Positions 39,701-52,200 of a stretch of DNA of 64,000 nt are shown piece by piece. The DNA comes from Thalia democratica (taxonomy: Eukaryota). The stretch's first letter is position 1, and each line of letters opens with the position of its first letter. The position numbers were made by a program, and so were the translations under genes. Below the pieces are notes generated by a model, which was given only the letters and a program-made list of their open reading frames with translations, made no database searches and was not told where the DNA came from. Location of the stretch: positions 81,344,001 to 81,408,000 of the forward strand of contig OZ241826.1 of NCBI GenBank assembly GCA_965202585.1, in the 5' to 3' direction.

Positions 39701-42700
39701 AATTTAAGAAGTTAGTAGTCAATAAAACCTAATGATCCAACAATTGAAATTAATGAATAAGCTACTCAAATATTATCCAAATGTAATACAAAAAAAGAAA
39801 AATTCTTAAGTTCTTCAAAGATGAAGCATTTATAACTGTCAAGGACCGCAAACCTAATTTCCCCACAGCTTTAGAGGCAGAACAATTAACCCATCAAAGT
39901 TTTTCCTTGGTAAAATAGCTAAAGTAATTTTGCAAACCCATATTGACAAATTAAGATCAAAATCGAAACTTACCCAATGGTTAAACTCTGAAGAAGTTAT
40001 AAAATTGTTCAATAATTTTAATGACGTTTCACATAAACGTTTTATCAAAACTGATATAAAGAATTTTTCCTTCCAAAAAAAAAAGAACACCTCACCAAAG
40101 CTATTTAATTTGCAGCAACATCTACAACTTTCAACAAACAGGAAAGAGACACCCTTATGCATACCTGCCAAACCATTGTATTTTATGACAACGAAATTTG
40201 GACCAAAAATCGAATAACAATTGTTTTGACATAGCTATGGGCTCATTTTAGGGCGCCGAGGTCGGCGATTTAATAGGTTACTTAGCGAAATATCTCCAAT
40301 TACAGGTCCATCAAATACAGGCTTATATAGAGATGATGGCCTTGCAATTATAAAACAATCTTCTGGATTTATCCTTAAGAAATTAAAATCCCTTATAAAA
40401 AATGTCTTCAATAGGCTTTGAAATCACAGTTGACATTGGTAAAACTAGCACAGACTTTCTTGACGTATCCCTGGACATATCCCTAAACACCTACTGACCC
40501 TACCGTAAACTTAATTCCAAGACTAACTACATCAACACCTACAACTCCAACCATCCTAAAAATATACGTAACAATATACCAAAAATGATTGAAAAAATAT
40601 TATGTAAATTATCTATATATTTATATCTAAAAAAAGTAATTTTAAACATATTTTAACCTACAAACAGTTTAATAGTACAAACATTAACAAAAATAGAAAA
40701 ATAAATTGCAATTATTACAACCCCTCTTTTGTAAATCTGTATAGACTAAAATCGGAAAGTCTATAAAAAAATCAGATGAAAACGAAAACTTTGTAATCGT
40801 AGATCAAAAACAAACTGCCCCGTGGATAACAAGTGTTGTCTAAACAACGTCATATATCAAGCTAAGGTTTCCACGTCCAAAACTTACCACAAAATTTACA
40901 TAGGTTCAACCAAAAATTATTTAAGTCTAGATATAATGAACGCAAAACCTCTTTCCCAAAACCTTTTAAATGCAAACCTGAAATTTGTACCCAACTTGCA
41001 AATCACCTATTGAATTTAAATAGTAAACATATAAAATACTCAATCGAATGGAAAACAGTAGAATAAGTTAAATCTAAAACAAACCATACAAACATGTGCA
41101 CCTTATGTAACCTAGAAAGACTCAATATAGCCCTAGCAGACAAAAGAAAAATCTTAAACAAAAGGAACGAGCTGATAATCCAATGCCCTCATTATATAAT
41201 TGAATATTTATAGATTAAATCTCACATAGGTATAAATTTTATCGAGATGTTAGATTATTTGTGTATGCATTATAATAGTATTCTCATCTTCAGTTTTAAA
41301 TAGTTTTTATTAAGTTATATTATTAGTAACTTATATTTTATTAAGATTTCAAATAATTTGTTCATGCTTTATAACATACCCATTTCCAGTTTTAAATTGT
41401 TATTTTCTAAGTGATTTGTATTATTAAAATTTTTATTTAGTTAGATTACTAGTAGATAATACTCTCTTTGATTATTTCTTAACTGATTTTTTTTTCAAAA
41501 TTAGTTTTTTCAATCTAACCCTCATTCTATCTTTCCATAACAAATATTTTTCGCAAAAAGCTATTTTATTCTATGTCATCATAATATAACTTTGTTAAAA
41601 ACAACAACAATGCTTTCAAAAATGTTCTAATGTTAACCACCTGGTTTTATTTTAAACATTATTACACTATAAATTAATCATACGAACAATGTGCTTAATA
41701 ATAATAATTACAACTCTATAATTTCTAACTCGTAAAGGTTTTTTTTTTTTTAAATCCATTAGATATCAGTACCCCACTGTATACCATGGTTCAACTGTAT
41801 TTTTATATGGACTACAATTTAATGGTCTTTAAATTAAAGGTTTTTTCCACGCATCAATATAATTCTTAATTTGTTATTATTTAATTTTGTAAACAAAAAA
41901 CTTAAACCAAACCAGTTTTTAATTATTTGTCATTTTTAACATTATTATTTTACTACAGATCTGCAATACAGATCCGCTATTCGGTGAAACTTAGTAATTG
42001 GTTTTTCAAAGGTAATAAATTATCAAATATCAATCCCCCTGTGGATAGAATACTGTGTCTTATTTATTAGTTTTGAACTCAATAGTTCAATAAAAAACAT
42101 AACCAATTCACAATTTTTGTTAAAGCAAAAACATTTACTAAACTGCGTTTATAACGTTTATTGATTGACCTTTTAAAATAGAGCATATGATGAAAAAAAA
42201 AATTATACAGAACATATAAAAAATTCAAACAAAATCATAGTTTTTTAAAAATAAAATAAAATATTGTTATGTATAATTAAACGTATCTATGACTTTGAAA
42301 TAATGTTGTTAAAAATCATATTAGAAAAACCTAAATAAAAATTAAAAAATTTAAATAGGCTGTGTAAAAATAATACAGCTGTAAATTATGTGGTTAGGCC
42401 ACTTTTAAGTTTTTTTAAACCATTAAAATTATCACTTACTCGAAAGCTGAGATCAAACTATCCAAAATATGAGCTTCCACTTGTCCACGTTCGGACCTAA
42501 TAAACCAATAAATCAACTTAAATTTTAAGTTTTCATGACATCCACGGTAAAATATTAATTAACTTTATCTACGGACTACGTTCAAGAAACTTAAAAAATG
42601 TATGTTGATCATAGAATATCTTTACTTACGTTACTTTCGTGTTACGGTATTAATGATTTCAAAATGTTAGAAACTTTAATAGAAAAATTATTCAGATTAA

Positions 42701-42935
42701 ATTAAACAAATTAAAATAAAAAATTGAATAAAACACGTGTGCTTCATTAAATACATAACAGCCTAACATCGACTATTTAACTTACATAGAAAAAACAAAT
42801 ATTAAAACATTTTTTAACAAACTAACAAAAAATGTTAAAAACTCACTCGTAATGGTTTAGCGGGAGTGGTGCTTCAGGCTGATCCTTAGCGTTATCGTCT
42901 TCATTGAAGATTACAGGGTATCTGTAGGACATCAT
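30797..42935 (-). CDS. Multi-exon gene: Ulp1/SENP-like (peptidase C48) protease + PHD/ADD-like finger + K/S-rich tail (at least 778 aa; 3' end unresolved)
   Basis: Hand-spliced GT-AG exons, all phase-compatible with no internal stops: 42935-42847, 42496-42440, 38685-38518, 37202-37041, 36496-36436, 36056-35949, 35469-35331, 34854-34745, 34592-34410, 34155-34038, 33752-33596 (or to the stop at 33547), 32977-32834, 32720-32550, 32438-32352, 32271-32116, 31952-31881, 31579-31323, 30892-30797. Confidence 0.8.
33547..33752 (-). CDS. Cys-rich PHD/ADD-like finger exon
   Basis: CSRC-x9-C-x4-C-x3-HC-x2-C-x7-CVIC, spliced in frame after exon 34155-34038 (phase 1, G|TT). Confidence 0.65.
34038..36056 (-). 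CDS. C48 (Ulp1/SUMO-type) protease domain exons of the gene above
   Basis: Motifs in order: AWLNDDIMEY, KKHWRIAIFN (His), IIWIDS (Asp), SQQKDSFNCGVYCL (oxyanion Gln + catalytic Cys). Confidence 0.88.
38880..42025 (+). mobile_element. Penelope-like retroelement (C-terminal GIY-YIG type), decayed, with inverted 5' duplication
   Basis: RT motifs KSDKT, AFITVKD, INPSK, QWLNS..V, FIKTDI, MGSF*GAEV, GLYRDDGLA (40320-40346), DFLDVSL, YRK..SNHP. Endonuclease CPVDNKCCLNNVIYQAKV...IYIGST, FKSRY, CTLCNLE...LNKRNELIIQCPH (to about 41200). Many frameshifts and stops. Antisense within intron 2 of the protease gene. Confidence 0.9.
41290..42025 (-). repeat. Inverted copy of 38880-39620 (pseudo-LTR/5' part of the Penelope-like element)
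   Basis: Examples: CAATTACTAAGTTT(A/C)ACCGAA(G/T)AGCGGATCTGTA, GGTATACAGTGGGGTA and AAATATTTGTTATGGAAAGATAGAATGAGGGTTAGATT occur on opposite strands in collinear order. Confidence 0.9.
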
Positions 42936-43299
42936 AGTTTAACTTGATAAACAACTAACTTAAACTAGTCTGTAAAGTTATTAGAATATTTAAATATTCC
43001 TTAAAAACTCAGATTTTATACTAATGTTTGAACGTAACTAAATTTTACTTGAAAGGTTGAAACTGTTTCAAAACAAGTTTTATTGTTGTCTTATTGTTTA
43101 TATTACGTGTTAGAGCTGGTATTATTTTAATTTTTTAATTTAACAACATGTAAAACAAATAACTAAAGCATTAAGCTTTTTAAACAAAAACTTAACTATT
43201 TTCTAACTGATGATTATATTTTTAATTTTTTTTGATTTTAAGTAGTCTGTTGGCTTTTAATAGAGCTATGAAAGAACTAAATCTATACATGTTTTTGTA

Positions 43300-46200
43300 A
43301 CCATTTTTAATTAGCTAATAAACTAAAATTAGCATAAAAGTTTTTATTAACTAAATAGAAGCATTAAATTAAGTTCAATGCTTCAATAATTTAATTAACA
43401 TTGAAGCTTTTAAAATTATTTTTTATTAACTAACTTTATAACCATACTCATTTCAGCTAACAATAATTTTAATGCTATTACCAGTAAAGATAATGTTGTC
43501 CATTTTAAAGTTTTACGAGTAGCTGATGTTAGTTACTAACATTTAAAAACGATCAAAAAATTGAAAGTCAGGTAACAAAAAAGGTTTTCACTTTTTACCA
43601 ATCGTTTTAAGTTTAATTTGTATGATTCTAGCCTTTTTTGATTTGTTTCAATATGTATTTTATTCACTTCTGTTTATGTTTTTTTTTATAACACATGTTT
43701 TTGTATAACAACATAAGTAAAAATTTAATATACAGTATTATTTAAATTAACAAAATAAATGTTTACGTTTAGTCAGTTATAAAAATAAAAAATACAATAA
43801 TAGTTATAACGGAAGGTTTTTTTCATAACTAAGTTATAAAGTAAAGTATTTGCTTAAACCATTTTAAACATAACAAAATAATGTTAGAAACAAATAAGCA
43901 AATAAACTTTTTAACAAAAAACAAGTAGTAAAAGCTGTACTACAACATTATAACGTCTTTAATGCTAAAAATAACCAGGAATAAAAAAAATAAATTAATG
44001 TTTTTTAAATTAATTTCTTATAGTAAGCTTATATTTTGAAAACTTTAACCTGTTTTTAACATTTAACGCTAAAACGAACTTAAGTTAATTTTGCTAGCAT
44101 ATAAAATCATATTTTCCCGTTGATGATAAATAACAAAAAAATTAAAACAATGTTTAAAAACTTATTTTGCGTATTTTTGCAAACACATAAACACGACCAC
44201 TTGATTTGAAGCTAAACTTTTTATAAATCTTTTTAATATATTTTCATATTATAAATTAAACAAAAATGTTGTTTTCATTTGGCAGAAAAGATTATTATAC
44301 TAATTAAACAGCTAACTTCATTAAAAAGCTCTTTGTAAAACAAAACGATAAAATTTTCTACTGATTTTTCTAAAACCAGACATGTGAACCAACGAAATAT
44401 GTAAGAAAAAAAAATATCTTTTACTACTGTTTTATCTAATTTATCTAATTATATCTAGAACGTTTGTTTAGCAACTTTACCCATTACTTTCTTTTTTAAA
44501 TGCAAATTTTAATTTTAATAATTGGTACATACTTAATATGTAAAACTTATACTAGCTTCATAAGGCAAAAACAAAAAATATAAAACTTAAATCATTGACT
44601 CTTTGAGATATTCACATAATTATTTATCTTCGATCAGTGTTCTTATTTTCATTAATTAACTATAAGCATAATATGATAATTTCAAATTTTTTATAACTTA
44701 TTTTTTTAAGAAAATTTTAAATAGTTAATAAGCTTAATTTATTTAACTATACTTAAACTACTTTATTTTTCGGTATCACCTAAAACTGATTTTAAATAAC
44801 TTCAGTTTAAAGCGCATTTAAAAAATTTTAGCCAGACAATGAAAAACGTATTTAACCTGTCTACTAATACTTAAATAATTCGTCTTAAAATTCTACTCTC
44901 TCTCATTTTAGTCTCGGTTTAAAACTTTAAAACTCGAATTAGTTTTATAACTTTTTTTAATTAATTAGCAAAGTTTATTAACTTTAAACCTTTCGTACAC
45001 AAATTTAACACCCTTAGACTATCAAAGTATTTGACTTAGTTAACTCACTTAATAAATTTGTATAACAAAATTCAATTTAGCTAAGTAAACAAGTAATAAT
45101 ATTACTTTATGTTTTTAAACTTAAAGTTTTATTTTTAACTGGTCTTAATAAACTTCAGTTAAAAGCGCGCTAAAAAACTAAAAGTCTTACAATGATAAAC
45201 GTGTTTTACCTATCTACTGATACTTAAATAATTTGTCTTTAAATTTTACTCTCTCTCATTTTAGCCTAGTGTTGAACGACGACAATACATAAAAAAAAAC
45301 TGTTGATTTGTTTTTGTTAATATACTTAAAACTACAAATCTTTACGAACTACATGTGTTTAATATGACATTTAATTTTCTATAATTTACTACAAACGTAT
45401 TTAGTCATTTGTAAAAACAGTGAAAAAAAAGTTTAAAAAAATTTATTGGCTTTAACTGTTTTAAATATAACAAAATAACATTATAAACATATAAGAAGTA
45501 TATCGTTTTTATTAGTAAACAAATAGTAATCACTAATTAAAACAGTTGTTATTTTTTGATATTAAAAATGGATCAACAAAACAGTTAAGTACTACATTTT
45601 AGATAATATATTTTTGTAGTTTAGTAGAAAATCGAAAACATTTTTTATGTAAGGTTTAGTAACAATGCTTTTAGTAGACTAGTTTTATAGTAACTAAAAC
45701 ATAAAGCTAACTTGAAAACTTTAATAGATAACTAACTCATTGTAAAAAACAATAGCAGTTTTAACAAAAATTACGAAAAAAACTATCACGACAGCTGTAA
45801 ATTTAAAATCTTAATGTTTAAAGTAATAAATAATACTGTCATTTGAATAATAACACTTTGTACATGACTTTAAACCAACTTAATCTATTACTTTTTTTTT
45901 ATTGCAATCGTGTTATTTTGACATCTGGTAGAAATTGAGCATGAAATTTTTTTAAAAGCTTAATAGCTGCAACTAAAAAAATAAACTGTCGCCAAAACCA
46001 TTTTCATTCAGTAAACAAACTCAAACTAGTTATTTAAATTATTTATATGTTAAATACAATATACATGATAATTTAAACCTTTTGTAACGTAAGTTTTAAA
46101 CAAATTTTAGTCAATGTACTAACTTGGTAAATTTGTATAACTAAACTCAATTTAGCTAATTATAAAGCTAAAATTATTAGTTTATGTTGTTAACTTAAAG

Positions 46201-49200
46201 TTTTACTTATAAGTGATCTTAATCAATTTCAGTTAAAAACGCGCTCAAAAATTTGTTTCAGTTTTTTGCCGAAACTTCAACTATTCGCTTGAAATTTTAC
46301 TCTCTCTCATTTTAGCCTCCTACTCTCTCTCATTAATTTTAATACATAATTTTTTCTACATTTTTTTTTGTTATTTATTTACAATACATATTTAAAAAAG
46401 CAAATTTATGTAAAATAACATAAGTTTAGTTTATTTCATCTGCCTCTGTTGATATTCATCAAACATTTTTAAAAAACTAAAATTTTCGGTACACAGATAA
46501 CTCATAACTGCGGCAACCTTCTATGATACTAAATGTTTTTTACTATTTTTAATCTATAAAGTTTAATTATTTTTTGTTTAATTAGTAAAAACCAATTGTA
46601 GTAACGTTATTTTTTAAAACATGATGTAAAAGTCAATATTTCAATAAACTTTTTTGAACATTTAAAAAGTAATGTTAGAAACCAGCAATTCACTGTATTA
46701 TCAATACAAAATATTTTTAGCCAAGCTTAAACACTTCTATTATCTCTAGTTTTAAATTCAAACCGGTTTAATACAACAATCAAGTTATTAAATTTTTTTT
46801 TAAGCATTAAGAAAAAAAAAACACTTCGTTTTTAATTTGTGTAAGGTTCTAATGTTTAATGTTTCTAAAAAAAGTTTTAAAATAATATTTTAAGCATAAA
46901 CAAAGTTAAACTATTTAATATAAATTTTGTACAAAATTACAAATAGTCTCAATAAATTTCACAAAAACTTTGTGTAACACCAGATTTGTAAAAACAAATA
47001 AAAACGCTGAAATGTATCACAAGTAAAATTTAAAACTCAAAACTAAATTGATCGAAATTAATTCATAACTAAAAATTAAACTTTATCTGCATTTTTTATA
47101 TATTTCTACTGACCTTAGTGACAACTAGAATTAACTGATATTGAAATTCATATTGAAATTACTTTTTTTTCACTAAAATGTCTAACACACTGTCTTCACT
47201 TTTCTCTCGTATACTGCTTAAAAATTACGGTGTTAGAGTAAAAACCGTTATGTGCAAGTTGATCTTTAAAATTTAAAATATTCATTTAATACATTTTAAT
47301 TATTGTTTAAGAATAGCATAATATATTAGTAGTTTAAATAAAATAACATTTGATAACGCATGTTTTGTTTGAAATTTATCATGATAAGATGTTGAAACTA
47401 AAACTGCAAAATATACTATTTTAAGTTCAAAATTTAAACAAAATACTTTAATTTTATTTGTTATAAACCATAGGTAAACTCAATAAAAAATGCAAATAAA
47501 ATTTTTTAAGCTATTAAAGAAGACTAATTGAAATATAAAATATTTATTACATTCTAAACTTATTACATACTCATTCAAAATAACTCGTAGGCTTTTTTTT
47601 TGAGAATACTAATTTGATCCAATGCTTTAACTCAAAAAAAAATAGCTGTAGTTAACTTTGTTTGTTAAAATTTCTTTATGTTTTTGTTAATATCAGAAAC
47701 TGCATAAACTACAAAAAGTAATAGAAAAGATTTCAGCAAGTTTCTTTTAACTCGTGAATGACAGTTGCTTTTGTACCTTTAATAAACTAAGATAATTAAA
47801 CTTAACTAAAATTCAAGTTTTTTAAAAAGTATTACATGTAAAAATACTTATAACAGAGATGCATACATCACATAAATAACTATCTTTTACAGCTAGTTCT
47901 TTTTTTAGTTATCATTTTTTTAAATTGATTTTAACTTTCTATTCAATTTAATCTACAAAATTTTACTTATTGTTTTTATCAATTTAAGCTATTTCTTTGT
48001 TTACTGTGTTTTTTTATGTTTTGACATCTCGTAGAAATTCAATATGTTTAATTTAAACTAGTCTTATAGCTTCAACTAAGGCTAAAACTAAATTACAAAA
48101 ACTTAAATTGTCTTCAAAGCCATTTTATTTAGTAAATAAACTCGATTTAGTTTTACAACTCTAGTTATTTAATTATCAAAGTTTTTTAACTTTATATCTT
48201 TAGTATATAAAATTAACATTCTTAGATTATCACTAAAATATGATTTGATTAACTTACTTAATAAATTTGTATAACTAAATTCAATTTAGCTAAGTGAACA
48301 AGTAATAATATTACTTTAAGTTTTTAAACTTAAAGTTTTACTTTTAACTGACCTTAATAGACTTCAGTTAAAAGCGCGCTCAAAAACTAAAAGTCATACA
48401 ATGATAAACGTGTTTCACCTATCTACTGATACTTGAATAATTCGTCTTGAAATTTTATTCTCTCTCGTTTTTCTAGTGTTGAGTTATTACAAAACATATA
48501 AACTAACTTACAAAACTATTACTTGTTTTATTGACACATTTTTAAAATAACTATTTTTTATGCAACTACACGTTTTTTATATATTTTTTAATTTTTTATA
48601 AGCTCACAAAAAAGCTTTTAAGTCATTTTGTTAAGAAAAAGAATAATAATCATATCTAAAAATAATTCATAAGTATGGTAAAAAAATCGTTTGCTTAAAC
48701 TGTCTTGAAACTAAGAAAAAAAACATCAAAAGACAAACAAATAAGCTAATTTTTTATTTATAAATTAATACATACTACTGAACTAATACAGTTATTGTAT
48801 CTGTAATGATAAAATTTGAAAAAAAAATCATTTCGTAATTAATTATAAATAGCTTTAGTTATGTTATGCTTTCCATAAGTTTATTCAACAGTCTTTAAAG
48901 CAAAATCGATAGTTAAATGACAACAGCTTCAATAAATTTTACAAACAAAAAATTATTCACTATTTTAAATAAAATAATTAATTATGAAAAATAACACTGC
49001 TATCTAATTCAAAATATTTAGTACTTTTAACTGATATAGCTGTTACCTAGATTGTTTATTTCAAAAGTTTTGTTTTAAAAATCGGTACAGATTCAACATG
49101 TTCAATTGAAACTAGCTTTAAAGCTTTAACTAAGGCTAAAACAAAAACTATAAAAACGTCCAAACCATGTTTTGTTTTGGTAAATATCTGAAATAAATAG

Positions 49201-52200
49201 TTTCACTTCTTTTTTACTAATTAGAACCACTATGTGACAGTTTGAAATCATTATAACTCAAATTATCAATATAATATATTCTAATTAACTAATTTGTTTA
49301 ATTTCTATCACTAAACTTAACTTAGTTAATAACACAAATAAAAATATTTCTTTATGTTGCCTAATTTAAATTTTAGTTTATAACTGATTTTAATTAACTT
49401 CAGTTAAAAACGCTAAAAAGCTAAAAGCTTACCTATTTATTGAAATTTCAACCATTTAACATAAAATTGTTTTTTATATCAGTTTATATAAAAAAAAATT
49501 TAAACTTTTTGTTTTTGTTTTATAAATGATTATTCAGTAGGGCAACTTTCTATGAAATTAGATGTTTGTTTTGTTTATAGTTTTTGTTAAACTTATGTCA
49601 TTTTTTATGACAGAAAATACAAAGAGTTACGGTAATAATATCTATACACAATATTTAAGTATGCTTTTTATATAAATTCTCTTTGTTATCAAATTAACAC
49701 ATTTTATTGTTTCTTAAATATTAAAAAAAAGTAACATAAATATAAACATCAAGTCAATATACTAGTAACTGATTTCGTCTAGGAATTAACTAAAAATACA
49801 TTTAAAAATTAAGTTTTAAATATGTTATGCATTTAAAGTAGACTATATTTTTTATGCAGTAACTTAAGCATAAAGCAGAAATGAGATATTTTCTACACAG
49901 TTCATGTTATGATCATATTGATAGTTTCAATAAAAGTCACAAAATATTAAATTTTAACAACACTTGAAACCAGCTAAAATCTCCAAAACCGTAATTAAAA
50001 AAAATCAAAGCTCAAAACTTGTTTGATCAAAAATAAGTTATAATTCAAAATAACACCACTTTATCTCCAAATTTTTATAAATTTAGTGACCTTACTGACA
50101 ACTAAAATCAACCGATGCAAAATTATTCAAAAAATTCGCCTTTTTCTCTCTAAAAACATTATAACAGCCTGTAGAAAATCACGCTTTTCTCTCGTATACC
50201 GCTTTATTATTTCGGTGCGAGTGTAAAAGTTTTTATAGGAAAATTGATTGGTTTTCTACAAATTTTAAATGATTATTTTCAATATGTTACTTTATACTTT
50301 TTGTTTCTTAACACTGGAAACACTTTAAAAATTAATAAAATATTTATAAAATTCTTCCTCAATACATTTTAAATTATTTTTCAAAATTTTATTAATTAAA
50401 AAAAGTAGTTTAAAGTGAATGATATTGAATGCTTTGTTTTTTATTTATCTTGATGATATTTATAAGTATAAACAAAACATACTTTTTTTAGTTTAAAAGT
50501 CTAACAAAATACTTCAATTTCATATCTATGATACCATAGAGAAACCAAACAAATTCGAAACCATTTGTATTTAAACCAATTTAAGGTAACTAAATATATT
50601 TTGAAACAATAATTTCTAAAATTTATGCACACTCATTCAAAAATATTTTATAGGCTTACTTTTTGAGCAAATTTTTTTGTTTGAAAACAACTGTAAATAA
50701 TTTTATTTGATAACAATATCTTTTCTTTGAATTTATAAACAAATACATCAACTTTTTAAAACTTTTTTGAAATAGTTTTCAAATATTTACAAACAATACC
50801 TAATTACGATGTATTTTTTATTTAAACTGTGACACCACCATTCATAGAACAATAGAAAGTTCAGCAATTACGCTCACAGTTTTGTGATCAGTTAGTAATA
50901 ATTCGTAAATGATGGTTTTTTACTGTTACTGAACTAAACTAAACAATTCTTACTAAAACTTAGATTTATAAGAACGTTTTACTTTTCAAAAGTACTTAAT
51001 AGAGATGCATATACTGCATACATAACTAAATCAAGTATCTAGTTATTTTTTAACATATGAGATATTTTTTTATTGTTTTTAAAAAATCATAAAGCTAAGT
51101 TTATTAAATTTAAATATATAATGTTATTTAGTCTTTAATTTTGTACGCATAATGTTGTATTTAAAACTTTTCTGCAACTTAGCTATTAATTTTTTCCTTT
51201 GCTTCGTTTTTTTTTTTTGACAGACTTCCTTGAAGCTGTTAACTTAACAACGTATTTAATTAAAGATAGCTATATAGCTTCAATTAAAGCTGACACAAGA
51301 ACTGTAAAAAAAACTTATTCGTTTTTGAACAAATTTTCATTTAGTATAGAACTTAGAATTATTTATATGATTTATATAGTATTAATAAAAGCAAAATATA
51401 ATAAATTTAAAAAAATGTAATTAAGGTTATTAACAAAACTTATTTAGATATTAAATTTGCTTTATTTGTATCACTAAACTCAATTTAACTAATTTTACAG
51501 CTATAATTATTACTTTATGCCGTTTGATTTAGATCCAAGCTACAACTGATTTTATCTAAATTCAGTTGAAAACGCGCTAAGAATACGAAAAGTCAGGCAA
51601 TGAAAAACGTATTTCACCTGTCTACTGAAACTTCAATCATCTGTCTTGAAATTTTACTCTCTCTCATTTCGCTTCCGTTGGTTTATATCAATATATATAA
51701 GCTTTTTCTTTGTTTTATAAATAACTGTTTAGTGCGGCGAATTTCTGTTTTACTGCATGTTTCTGTATAATCTTATTTCACTAAATCAAAGATATTTCTT
51801 GGCATAATTAGTGAAAATTAATGATAAGAATAAAAGTAATATATATTTGTTTAAATGAAAATATTTAAGTATGCTTTGTCATAAACATTAATACAAAAAT
51901 TGTTAACTAAAATAACGTATTTATTCTTTCTGTACTGAATCAAGGTAAATAAAACAAATAAACTACTACATTTTTAATTGTTTTCTTTTAGAATTAAGTA
52001 AAAAGAGGTGAAATAAAGTATTACTTTTGATTTAGATATGTAATACACTTAAAGAAGATTATATATTTTTCTGTTCAGTAATTTAAGCACGAAACACAGT
52101 AGACTTATTCTAAACATAGTATATGGTTTTAAAATACCCATAATTTTAATAAATGTACAAAAGTCTTCAATTTTTTAGTAGTAACTATAATTTAAAATCT

